Assembly (NCBI RefSeq): GCF_006345805.1
Contig: NC_043003.1
Span: 105,648,001-105,712,000, forward strand
DNA: 64,000 nt
Direction of reading: 5' to 3'
DNA from: Octopus sinensis
Lineage: Eukaryota
The notes under the pieces are model-generated. The model ran no database searches, was not told where the DNA came from, and saw only the letters and a list, made by a program, of their open reading frames with translations. Positions 13,780 through 25,090 of the stretch are shown here, piece by piece (within the stretch, counting starts at the first letter, position 1; the number at the start of each line of letters is the position of its first letter). Made by a program: the position numbers and the translations under genes.

Positions 13780-14200
13780 CCAGAAATGTGAACACAACCA
13801 ATACGCAAGTCCAGAAATATATTGTGTCAGTCAGAACTGCCTTCAAGTAGCACCTGTACAACCAGAGGTCCTCTTTCAGGATTCAGGAAAGATGATTCAT
13901 CATGTCCCTGGGAAGCCACATTTGGTACCTCAAAGATGAAGGTACCCCATATGATATCAAGTGGAGGATCATAGAGCGGCCAGAATTCTGTATGAACAGG
14001 AGCAGATGCTGTAAGCTTTGCATAGCTGAGCAAGCAAGGATCCTCCAAGACTCCCTGGAACCAAGATTATTGAATTCCTGGCAAGAAGTTTATAGTTTCT
14101 GCATCCATTTCAAATGCTACCTGCTGCAAGCATGGGATGTCCCATTCATTGATTATATCCGAAAGGTCCTTACAAGCTAAAAGCAACATAAGGATAGACT
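13780..14200 (+). mobile_element. Penelope-like element, degenerate GIY-YIG endonuclease C-terminus
   Basis: LGSHIWYLKDEGTPYDIKWRIIE...CKLCIAEQARIL....LLNSWQEVYSFCIH matches the PLE 'HIW.LK.....I.W.I.....C.LC..EK..I...LLN.R.E....C.H' pattern. Confidence 0.8.
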
Positions 14201-14221
14201 TCCCCCATTCCCATTTTTGAT

Positions 14222-14512
14222 CCCGAACGTGGCCGATGCCAGCGCCGCCTTGACTGGCTTCTGTGTCGGTGGCACGTTAAAAGCACCAACCGATCATGGC
14301 CGATGCCAGACTCCCCAGGCACCTGTGCCGGTAGCACGTAAAAAGCACCCACTACACTCACGGAGTGGTTGGCGTTAGGAAGGGCATCCAGCTGTAGAAA
14401 CACTGCCAGATCAGATTGGGGCCTGGTGCAGCCCCTGGCTTCCCAGACCCCGGTCGAACCGTCCAACCCGTGCTAGCGCAGAAAACGGACGTTAAACGAT
14501 GATGATGATGAT
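14222..14512 (+). mobile_element. Repeat family C: RTE 3'-UTR/SINE-like element with ~40-bp internal modules and (GAT)n tail
   Basis: AAAAGCACC... modules, GGAGTGGTTGGCGTTAGGAAGGGCATCCAGC core and (GAT)n tail. Many copies on both strands (8560, 41108, 44602, 49602, 52975, 55870, 56878, 59886). Confidence 0.8.
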
Positions 14513-14625
14513 GGACTGGTCTAAGGGAAATAACCCATCCTCACTGACCTGGATTGTTTATTCATTGTCTACTTACTAACTGACCATAACAGATTTCTAC
14601 CTCTGAGGTTTGAAGAACTATAAGC

Positions 14626-14693
14626 TGTAGAATCTGACAAGTCATCTATAGGGCTAAGCTCTTTATGGATGTGAAACCATCAGTCACTTTATG
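14626..14693 (+). ncRNA. Decayed hammerhead ribozyme in Penelope 3' region
   Basis: CTGACAA (CpG-decayed CTGACGA) at 14634, long stem II CATCTATAGG/TTTATGGATG, GAAA at 14673, CCATCAG, TC. Lies downstream of the GIY-YIG ORF on the same strand. Confidence 0.45.
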
Positions 14694-14758
14694 ACCAGAT
14701 GCATATATTTACGAAAATATACCTTACATGTTCAAGTTAATTTTAAAAAGTTACTCAC

Positions 14759-14926
14759 CTAACTGTTTAAATCTGTAATAATATTCGTCTTTCTCTGATT
14801 GAGTTAGAATTTCATGGTGGAATGGATTTGGAAGTAAATGTCTGCCAGATGGTCTGGTAGTCTTGAATCCATCGATGAGATTTCGCATGGCTTTTGATGT
14901 AATTGTTAATATACTTAAGTCATCGA
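14759..14926 (-). CDS. FBXO47: FBXO47 coding exon 3
   Basis: ttttag acceptor, gtgagt donor, 168 nt, phase 1-1. (V)DDLSILTITSKAMRNLIDGFKTTRPSGRHLLPNPFHHEILTQSEKDEYYYRFKQL is the second half of the F-box plus linker. Confidence 0.92.
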
Positions 14927-15339
14927 CTAAAATATGGAATTAGTATAGAATTATCAAATCAGGAAAACAAATGCCATTTGAAATTAGAGAAAGTGTGAAA
15001 AAGAGAGATAGAAAGAGAGATATATGTATATTATTTGTACATGTATATTGTTACATGTGGGTATATGTGCATATGATTCATTGAGCTGGCTGGATAATTA
15101 TAGCATACGAGAAGATGCTAAAGGTGGCAAGTTGACCGAATCATCAGTATTTCTTCTGGCTGTTTACATCCTGAGTTCAAATCCTACCAAGGTCAACTTT
15201 GCCTTTCATCCCTTTGGGTTTGATAAAATAAGGTGCCAGTATAGTACTGGGGTTGATAAAATGAAGTGCTAGCTAAATACAGGGGTCAATATAATTGACT
15301 TGTCTCCTCTCAAAGATTGCTGGCCTTGAAGTCTGTAAA

Positions 15340-16400
15340 ATGCCCGTATTCGATTCAGTGAGATAGTTACAATCTCAATCTAATGTAAAACGGGAAATGT
15401 AAAGTGGGAAATCGACCTTATGAGTCATAGGGCTCAAGAAAAATATAAAAAGAATATCTGTATATTGAAGCAATTAGATACATGAGGCTGATCAACCAAA
15501 TCATGAAAGTAACAGGAGTTATAAATACAACTGATTAAGGACTGAATTAGCACGGAGGAAATGCAGTTTAGTTTTATGCCAGGTTGGGTATCACTCATAC
15601 CTTCTTCTTAGCGAAACAGCTACAAGAGCAGTTCTTGCCAAACAGCAAACTACTATAATAGGCATTTGTTGACTTAGAGAAGACAAATGACAGAGTACAA
15701 CGCTCTGTAAGTAGGTCATTGTCAAGAAAACTAAGGATAAATGAATTGCTTGTGCAAGATGTATAAGCCATGTTCAGATGTGTTGTCAGCAAATTGGAAG
15801 TTAACACTGAGTTCAGCAAGGAAATTTGTGTGCAAGTAGGTGTATATTAGGTCTCAGTTCTCAATTCCTAACTGCTTGTTGAAGTTCTCCAAGCCATAAC
15901 AGAAGAGTATAAGATTAGCTGGCTGTAAGAACTTCTTCATGCTAATGACCTAGTTCTTAGAAGAAAATTTAGGAAAGAATTTCCTGATATCAAAGCAAAA
16001 CCTAAAACTGCAAGTTTCAAAGTAAACCTAGCAAAGACAAGAGTTTTAGTTAGAAGAAAAGAAGATGTGGTTCTAATGCCACCTGGAAAGTGTTCAACTC
16101 CGATATGCAGAAATGGTGTAGTAGGAACTCCATAAAGTGTACTAGTTGATGCACAGGAGGTGTACAGGGGTCATATTCATGTTGAATGACAAGCGAAATT
16201 TCATATGGAGTAGATGTACAAAAATTAGTTAGCAGTAAGAATACTGATGCAATAAATTCTTTCAAATGCAGGAATGATTCTCTTGAAGCAGTTGATAGTT
16301 TCTGTGACTTAGCAGTTGAGACGTATGTTCTGAAAGCATAGTGGCCAGAGAAAGAACAGGGTGGGAAAAGCTCAGGAGCTATTACCTCAACTGTCCCTAA
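15340..16400 (+). mobile_element. Degenerate RTE-clade LINE RT fragment
   Basis: FSFMPG, FVDLEK..DRV, LLHANDL, VNLAKTRVL and VDSFC.L remnants with frameshifts. Confidence 0.7.
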
Positions 16401-16919
16401 AGATAGTGATGATGATCATGATGATGATGATATGATGACAATGATGATTATGATAATGATGATGACACATATGCAAACACACACACACACACACACAAAC
16501 ATTTGAGGGCAAGAGGTTTCTCAAGAGTAAAACTGAAAAACAAGAAAACTGATCAACAAAAACATGTGTAATAATATATAAAATATCTCCAAAAAATCAA
16601 AATTTGTGACAATTATTGTCCTTAATTTTGAAGAACTTAGAAATTGCACTTTTAAGAAAACTGTAACTATATATATTTCTGATCCAGCTGAATTTGAACT
16701 TTTTCCCAAGAATATAAAAAAAATTTATGCTTTCACTGTTTTCTTTAAATTTAAGTTGACTAACAGATGAAAATGATTTAAGGACAGAACATTTATCCAA
16801 CTAGTGTCCATCAAAAGATAGGCATTTGTCTTTTAGATGAGAAAAACATGAACAAGAAGCTGAAAGTAAAAATGGGAGAAAGATATTGAAACCTATTCTT
16901 CTCAGTTTAAATCTATTTA

Positions 16920-17004
<85 letters not shown>

Positions 17005-17463
17005 ATTTCTCCTTTAATTGTGAATTTGTAACTACTGCAGAAAGAACCCTTTTCTAGCCTAGTCTTCAAGTTTAAACACCAACAGGGTAGCCATGTATGT
17101 GTGTGTGTGTGTGCATGTGTGTGTGTGTGTGTGCCTGTGCATGTGTGCCAATGTGTGCATGTATGCACATAACCATGAGCATGCACATGGATGTATGTAT
17201 GTGTATAAGCACAAGTGTGCGTATGTATGTTTGTGTGTGTATAAAGGCAAATCAGAATGTTAGGGAGAGAACTGATGTTACTATATCAATTATTTCATAG
17301 AAATTCTCTACCTTCCTGTTTCATAATTATGTTACCATGCTATAAATTAATATAACTGGAATGTTGCCCAGTAGATCTTAACTAAATCAAACCAGTTGAA
17401 AGGAAAAGCCTGCATTATTTTCATCCAACTAGATATTATATAAAAATGAACAATTTTTTTTAC

Positions 17464-17613
17464 CTGAAAGATATGTTAAAAGATGAAACTTCAGTTCCAA
17501 AGGCAATATGTCAAAATAACCTAAATGTCTATGCTTCACTGTATTTTCTATTTTTTTCATCTCTAATCTGTTTGACCGTCTAGGTTTTTTGGCAGTGAGA
17601 AAAGATTTAAAAT
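17464..17613 (-). CDS. FBXO47: FBXO47 coding exon 2 (start of F-box)
   Basis: ttacag acceptor, gtaaa donor, 150 nt, phase 1-1. (D)FKSFLTAKKPRRSNRLEMKKIENTVKHRHLGYFDILPLELKFHLLTYLS has RRSNR and F..LPLE....L.YLS as in FBXO47. Confidence 0.93.
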
Positions 17614-18964
17614 CTGTAAACAAATGAAACAAAAGCATATATAAAGATAGGTAATTAAAACATTTCTATTAATCATTTGAAAAGAAAATGTTAATCTAAT
17701 GAACTTTACATACAACTAAAATTAATTTTCAGAAAATTTATTTAAAATAAAGATAAGTAGAAAGATTCCTGATTTTATATTTTTGTTTTGAGAGCGAGGT
17801 GACAGTACATGGCCTAGTGGCTCGGGTGTTGCACTCACAATCACTAAATCATGGTTTTGGTTTCCAGACTCAGAGATGCATTGTGTTCTTGAGCAAAATA
17901 CTTCACTTCAGTTGACTTAGCTGTAAATGAATAACTCTGTGAAGCACAGGTAACCTGTTCTGGACTAACGAGATCTCAATCACTTATGCACCGTACCAAC
18001 CAGGTAAGTGGACTTCTCAGTCTTAGGACATGAGACAGTACTTACTTTGAAAGTGAATATAGAGTTGATTATCTTCAGTGTATTTCTGCTCCTTTTTTGT
18101 ATTATTGACTACATTTAGACAAGTTTTATTCGACATCTTATTTGACTCAAAAAAGCATTCAGTTCAGCACTTTACTTGCTCTACCACCCTCTCTCTTCTA
18201 ATACAAATTTTAAAAATACCAACGTTATATTCAAATTTCTTCTCATTTCTATATGACTAACATACTGAAATTACTTTGCTCTCATGGCTGAAGACAGAAT
18301 ATTTTTTATAGAGTGAATATGCAAAATACCCTGTCACATACTTTATCAATATATACATTTGAGCCACTCAGATTAAAAGTGCCATAATCAATACAATGAC
18401 TATTAACATTTTAACAAATCATTCTCAATTAATTTTTCTCACTTTATTACATCATTTCATCATAAAATACCTATTTCTTTATTATTCACAAGGGGCTAAA
18501 CATAGAGGGGACAAACAAGGACAGACATAGGTATTAAGTCGATTACATCGACCCCAGTGCAAAACTGGTACTTAATTTATCGACCCCGAAACGATGAAAG
18601 GCAAAGTCGACCTCGGCGGAATTTGAACTCACAACGTAACAAGCGAAATACCGCTAAGCATTTCGCCCGGCGTGCTAACGTTTCTGCCAGCTCGCCGCCT
18701 TCATCATAAAGTACCAACTTATTTTATATGAATCTGAGAAATATTGCTGCTGAACACACTTTGAAATATTTTTCATCACTGTCATACAAACAGCATTGTT
18801 CATTTCCAGTCATCCACGAAAACAACGTCTGGCAATTGGGAAATATTACCCTGTGTAGAAAGAGGTGAGGGTTGGCAACAGGAAGGGTATCTGACCATAG
18901 AAAATCTGCCACATGGATGTATGTATATACCTGTATTATAAACCCAAACTCGAATATCAAAGTT

Positions 18965-19290
18965 TAAAAGGTTTCACATACAGTCTCTTCAGAGTTTGAA
19001 TTGCTTCTGAGTAATTCTCACATTCACTTATGAGTTCGTAAACGTCTTTATCTGCATGCGTTATTAAACACCTAAGTTTGCTTTCATCTGTGATAGGTGG
19101 TTCAGCAGGAAATGATTCTAAAAAATTTTTTTAAGTTCTGAACCAATATTTCCATTCTTTCAAACTTGGATCAGCGGTGAACAAATTTGGTTTTATAAAT
19201 TTGCTGTCCATTTTCTCTCTCTCTCTAACTATATTTTGTCCACATAAATGCCACTGTCTACTCTGAGATATTTCTCTTAGCTTATTATTG
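18965..19290 (-). mobile_element. Gypsy LTR-retrotransposon remnant: LTR end/PBS-like junction and gag N-terminus
   Basis: ATG 19211: MDSKFIKPNLFTADPSLKEWKYWFRT*KNFLE...KLRCLITHADKDVYELISECENYSEAIQTLKRLYVKP. Preceded by a ...GTAGACA-G-TGGC junction. Confidence 0.65.
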
Positions 19291-19559
19291 TTTAAGTTAT
19301 ATTTATACATATACTTACATACAGACATGCATATATACATTGAAGCACATATATAAATATGCATGTATGTATGTATGTACAAACACATGTACACACACAC
19401 ATCATCATCATCATTTAACATCCATGTTCCATGCTGGCAAGAGTTGGAGGGTCTGACAGGATCTGACAGGTTCAAAGACTGTATTGTGCTCTAGTGTCTG
19501 CTTTGACATGGTTTCTATGGTTGGATACCCTTCCTAATGCCAACTACTTTACAGCATGT

Positions 19560-20830
19560 ATCTCTTAGCCCCAGATTTTCTTTCAGCACATATATACTGT
19601 GCCTTTCAAGCACTCTTACATTGCACATCCAATGGAGCATGGTTGTGTCATTTCTTTCTAGTCTTCTCATATCCACTGCCCATGTCTTACTACCATGCAT
19701 CATTGCAGTTTTAACACAAACATCGTACCATTTACTTTTCACTGTTGGCAGCAGCAGCAATGGCTCCCTGGAATTTCTCCAGACCATTTTTATTCTGGCT
19801 ACTATACTTTTGGAGCAGTTGTCTCTCTTGCTGATTACACTGCCTAGGTAGCAAAAGCTATCAACTACTTCTAGCAAGCCATCTAGTCACTGAAAGGAGT
19901 CTTGGTGTGTTCACAGTACCTATATCTCAAGTGCATCTATCACGTATTAAGCTTATGATCTCTGCTAGTCAACTTGTGATTCTATTACACCCCTTGTGTG
20001 TCCATAAATTATGTTGGGTACAACATATGGAATTTATACCTATTCCTTATCGAGTAAGGTTATTTTCCTGAAGGTATTAGGGTCTTGTCCTTTTTCCTAC
20101 TTACTAAAACTTTTATCTTTACTAAATTTACCATAAGACCTCTTGATTCAAGGTTTAGCTTAGAATTTCCTAATTCCCTTATAGATTTAGCTATGAGTAT
20201 GAGAATTAGATCATCAGCCAATCTTAAACACCTCTGTGATGGCCTGTTGAACTGTGACGAATAGGAGGGGGCTGAAGACTGAGCCTTGATGATGCTAAAC
20301 TCCTCAGTGAAGTTAACTTTCAATTTACTTGTTGTATCTTTGTACATGGGTTGTACAGCCCTCACAAGACATTTATCAACACCTAGTTTCTTTCGTGGCC
20401 ACCAAATTACTTTCTATGGTATCCTGTCAAATATGTTCTCCAGGTCAAAGTATTTCTCTTGCAGTTGCCTCTCTAGGAAGATAGTATTCATGGAGCCTCT
20501 TCCAGGCATGAAACCAAACTGAATCCCATTTAAGTCTATCCTGTAACAAATTATTTGGGCTTTGACTCATTCTGTGATCTTCATAATCTAATCCTGTAAT
20601 TTGATTCCTCAAAAACTAATTCTTTATAAGGCTTTTTGTAGCAATTTACAATTATACTGGTACACCAGCATTTGGGTATGATTCCTTGTATAAAGTGATT
20701 TACTGTCTGGGTGGTAATCTTGTATCCTACCTCACCAGATATTTTGAGCAACTCTGCAATTATCCCTGATGGATCTGCAGTTTACCTTCCCTTCATGTCT
20801 TTGATTACCTTATCTATGCTACTGTCAACT
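19560..20830 (-). mobile_element. Degenerate RTE-clade LINE RT
   Basis: FGFMPGRG, ADDL, VNLVKIKVL, EVVDSFCYLGS, YDVCVKTAMMHGSKTW and MLHWMCNV motifs across frameshifts. Confidence 0.85.
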
Positions 20831-20931
20831 TGAATTGCTGGTCCATCTGTAGGGTCTTGGTGATACAAGCAGGAAAATAGAACTCAAAACATGAATATAG
20901 GTATGTATATATATATATATATATATATATG

Positions 20932-22070
20932 CAGGGTGCATAAGATATTTGAGGATATACCTTTTTAGGATCATTGCTGCATTTTTTGCTCTGTATAATC
21001 TTTGTTTCAGAAAATAATAATGCCAGACCTTCAGCTTACTCAAGAAATGAAGAGGCATTCTGTTATTGCAGTTATAAAGGCTGAGCATAGCGATTTAGAA
21101 ATATTTCGATTTTTATCTACAAAGTTTGTAAGGAGCTAGAGACTGAAGATAGAAATGTATCACCAAGGCATAAAAAGCATTCTTAATGCTCTGAAATCAT
21201 CAGAACACCCGAATTTATCGGGCAAGTTCAACAGACTATTGATTACAATCCCAGAAAGTCCATGAGGTCAATTGCAAAAGATCTCCATGTGTCAGAAGGA
21301 ACAGTCAGAAATGTGATGAGGAAAAGTCAGTTTGTCAGAAAAGCAAAAGAAAATCATTACATCAGATCTAAAAGGCTCTTAAACAAACTGAAACATTCAG
21401 CAAAAGATTTGATTTGGTTTTTCTCAAATGAGAAAAACTTAACCAAGATGAAAAAGTTAACAGAAGAAATGACAGATGATTATGTGTAGACCCTTCTGAA
21501 GTTCCAAGTGTTATGCATACAAAATTTCCTGCAACTGTCATGGTTTTAGGGGTTGTCAGCAATGAAGGACATGTGATGCCTCCTTACTTCTTTCCACAAG
21601 GCCTTAGAGTTAACTCTGCCACCTACATTGAGGTCCTGAAAATAATTGTTAAGCCCTGGATAGACAGTGTATGCAATGGAAGGCCATGTGTGTTTCAGTA
21701 AGACTCTGCACTATCGCACATGGTTCTAGTAATACAGGAATGGATGGTTGAAAATTTTCATGATCGCATGACCCCTAGCATTTGGCCTCCTAATTCCCCA
21801 GATCCCAATCCATTGGACTATTACATGTGGAGTGTTATTGAGAGAGAGGTCAATGAACATGCCCATAACATCAAAGATTCTTTGAAAGCTGCCATAGTCA
21901 GAGTAATGTCCAAAATGAACCAGGACCACTTGATTTGAGCATGTAGATGATTTAGATCTCATATAGAAGTAGTTGTTGAAGTTGAAGGTGGCTTTATTGA
22001 ATAACATTACAGAAAAGAAGATTTATTTTTATCCTCATAGCATTTTTTGATAAATAAAGCTATTATCTGT
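20932..22070 (+). mobile_element. Tc1/mariner superfamily, DD37D (maT) transposon, inactivated
   Basis: Starts CAGGGTG after (TA)n. HTH RSIAKDLHVSEGTVRN; FFSNEK; VMVLGVVS; FQ*DSALSH...WPPNSPDPNPLDY with 37 residues between the last two Asp. Contains stops and frameshifts. Confidence 0.85.
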
Positions 22071-22189
22071 TATTATATATGTGGGTTTTTTTTTTATAAA
22101 CATAAAAGAATAAGTCCTGGGGATCGATTTGCTCGACTAAAGGCAGCAGTGAAATGGCCGCAGTCAAATGACTGAAACGAATAAAAGAA

Positions 22190-22209
22190 TATATATATAT
22201 ATATATTAT

Positions 22210-22263
<54 letters not shown>

Positions 22264-22356
22264 TATAAATATATACACACATATATATAATATATATATA
22301 TATATACACATATATATATGTATGTGTATATATATAATATATCACATATATATATG

Positions 22357-22396
<40 letters not shown>

Positions 22397-22438
22397 ATAT
22401 ATATATATATATTATATATATTATATATATATATATAC
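22190..22438. repeat. (TA)n-rich microsatellite (another at 22698-22810)
   Basis: Directly visible; the two tracts flank the palindrome. Confidence 0.95.
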
Positions 22439-22466
22439 ACTTTATTTTAAGCAGCAGAAAATTCAA

Positions 22467-22516
22467 CAAAATCTGTTACTCTGAGTTTCTCGTTGCCGTT
22501 CATCAGACAGTTTTTG
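22467..22516 (-). ncRNA. Minimal type I hammerhead ribozyme (inverted copy; sense to FBXO47 pre-mRNA)
   Basis: Exact reverse complement of 22551-22600. Confidence 0.7.
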
Positions 22517-22550
22517 CTAGAATGGAATTGATATATCAGTTCCATGCTAG

Positions 22551-22600
22551 CAAAAACTGTCTGATGAACGGCAACGAGAAACTCAGAGTAACAGATTTTG
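22551..22600 (+). ncRNA. Minimal type I hammerhead ribozyme
   Basis: CAAAAACTGT-CTGATGA-A CG(GCAA)CG A-GAAA-CTCAGAG-TA-ACAGATTTTG. Stem I is 9/10 paired, CUGAUGA and GAAA are intact, stem II is short and GNRA-capped, stem III is quasi-palindromic, cleavage triplet GUA. Confidence 0.7.
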
Positions 22601-22695
22601 TTGAATTTTCTGCTGCTTAAAATAAAGCATATTACTCTACCACTGGTATTTGAGTACTCTTTTTTCCACCTTGTTTCACATTATGTGTTTACTCC

Positions 22696-22780
<85 letters not shown>

Positions 22781-22889
22781 CACATATATATATATATATA
22801 TACATATATACACTCGATAAGCTCTTATTAAAGTGTATTTCCTATTGGTCTAATGTAAAATATGATTTATAAATATACACACGTTCATG

Positions 22890-22934
<45 letters not shown>

Positions 22935-24378
22935 TATATATATATTTGCCTGCTCCATATCCCCCAAACCGTAAAACCCATAGAAATAGACATATTGTGG
23001 CTGCAACTGAATTTCAGTTCCCAGAGTTGATACCGTGTGGTTATTATCAATGTCAATCCCTCCGTCGAAGTAAATGAACGTCCCTTCACCCGACTTCGTC
23101 TCTTCTGTTAATCTTAAGCCATGTCCATGTGTTCGAAATTGATATTTATCTCGTGATAAGAACATCAACAACAATAAGAAGAACGTCAACGACATTGGAG
23201 GACCCGCGAAAGGGTTACTCGACGTGCTAGATATAGCAGCTAAATCTCCTTGAAATAAGTCTTCGTCGTCAAAGGACATTTAGCGGAATTAGACATTGAA
23301 GTGTTAGATAGCGATAAATAGATGGGATGGTCATGACTGGAATGCCCCTTGTTACGGGTCTTCTTGGGCACAGCTGAGTTAACTTTAGGTTAAACAACAT
23401 TAAATGGAAAATATTATTAGTTATTGTTCCATAAAGTTAACAAAAACAAGACTTTTTCTTATTTTTAATGAATATTGTCGAACTGTATTTTGTTCTGTCT
23501 TCAAAATGATTCAATTTTTATTGGAAATTTACTGGAAAATAATAAGTTTTAATTATTTGTTTCCAATTCGCAATTGACATTTTATCTGAGAATCTTAAAG
23601 AAAAGATCAGAAAGTCCAGTCAGAAAATATTAAAACATTTAAGATTTACAGGATTTTTTTCCCTCTTGGCAAGAAGAAAGGCTTTTTCAATATTTATATT
23701 CCAAATGCGAGTATATTAATGTTATTAATTTATGTCTCCGTTGTGTCAGAACGATGTGACAAGTCGACATTGAAGACAAAACTGAGAACTTCAACAAATA
23801 TAAATGCATTAATAATTCCAAATGCATTAAGAATATAAACTTTTAATTTCTGGAGAAGGCATCTCTGTTCCATTTTCAAATAAACTTCTTCAAGTTTTTG
23901 TCCCCGTTTTCACGTCTTTATTGATTATTTATGAATATAATGAAATTAGATGAAATGATTGTTGACCATTTCATGAAGGCGAAACCTAATTAATGTCTAA
24001 AAAAGAAAGGCAAACCAATAGAAAATATATAAAGAAATGAAGAAAAATATTGGCAAATAAGCTGAATAATTCGAATAAGTGTCAATAAGGTCTGTGGGTT
24101 TAATGGCATATGTTGCTTAAGCCGGATTAAGAAATGAACCTTAAGAGAACTGTTTGTGGACATTGCAGCATCGGTCGTCTGCTTCTTTCATGGCGATGGC
24201 AGAATAATAATCAAAGGACTTTCTATTCAAATATAATAACAATAATAATAACAATTTCGGTAAATTAAAAAAGTTATAACAATCTGATAACGTGATGTTT
24301 GTTTTCAAGGTATAATCTTGATTAATGTAGCCAGGCAAAGGTAACGTTTTGCTCTGATGAAATGAAAGAACGACTTAC

Positions 24379-24382
24379 CCAT
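24379..24382 (-). CDS. FBXO47: FBXO47 coding exon 1 (ATG+G only; rest is 5' UTR)
   Basis: ...TTTAAAC ATG G|GTAAGT strong donor; phase 1 joins exon 2 to give MDFKSF. CpG-richer promoter-like sequence lies immediately upstream. Confidence 0.75.
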
Positions 24383-24444
24383 GTTTAAACTTTGACGATG
24401 TCTGACTTTCTTTTCTTTCTTTTTCTCTTTTTTGTTTGTTTTTT

Positions 24445-24720
24445 TTTATCGGGCGGGCGTTCAGTTAAGTAGCCAGTGTCTTTTCATCCGCTGCATAATA
24501 GCCGGATTTTTAGAACAACTCTATTAGCATTATTATTTACTTTTTTTTTTATTTTTTGAATAGTGGATCTCGAAGCACGTAAAGCTATAAATGGCAGCGT
24601 ATAAATATTGGATTAATATTTACAACTTGATCCGGAAACGAAAATCAGAAAAAAAATAGTGCAATGGGTGTAAAAAAAAATGTGTAGGAAACGAAAATGA
24701 AAAAAAAATCCGCGTAAAGC
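24445..24720 (-). promoter_or_regulatory. Putative FBXO47 promoter/5' UTR region
   Basis: Local CpG enrichment, GC box GGGCGGGCG at 24451, CCGGAA ETS-like site near 24632, TAACTG MYB-like site on minus near 24462. Confidence 0.4.
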
Positions 24721-24727
24721 AACGAGA

Positions 24728-25090
24728 GGGTGGGGAGAGGACCTCGGAAAATTCACAAGATTTGAGTTTTTCTCTCATAACTTTTAGGAAAATGGGTTTT
24801 TTTCAATGAAATTTTATAAAAACACATTTCAAACGGCATACATAACGATTATAAAGATATTTGTGGGGAAAATCATTTCCAAGAGGGTGAGGAGAGGATT
24901 TCGGAAAATTCACAAAATCCGAGATTTTCCCTCATAACTTTTAGGAAAATGGGGGGGTTTTTCAATGAAATTTTATATAAATACCTTCCAAAAGGCATAC
25001 ATTACGATTATAAAGAAATTTGTGGGTAAAACCTTTTCCAAAGGGTGGGGAGAGGACTTTGGAAAATTCACGAGATCCAAGTTTTTAGCA
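24728..25090. repeat. ~157-bp tandem repeat (about 2.3 units), related to diverged units at 32680-33020
   Basis: GGGTG(G/A)GGAGAGGA..T.GGAAAATTCAC recurs at 24728, 24885 and 25043. Confidence 0.8.

Larger units (their letters stand above)
22441..22626. repeat. 186-bp near-perfect palindrome (93-bp arms, no spacer)
   Basis: Arms 22441-22533 and 22534-22626 are reverse complements with only two mismatches near the centre (TGATA|TATCA). Confidence 0.95.

Noticed and set aside
13418-13939. 173-aa Thr-rich ORF
   Set aside because: Begins in microsatellites and runs through low-complexity Penelope-associated sequence; no splice or domain support.
18945-19000. Minus-strand CTGAAGA...GAAA hammerhead-like motif
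   Set aside because: Lies within Gypsy gag coding sequence (TLKRLYVKP), with no NUH at the stem I junction and no stem III.
22842-23279. 145-aa minus-strand ORF
   Set aside because: Composite of a dispersed repeat, a probable decayed RTE fragment and (TA)n.
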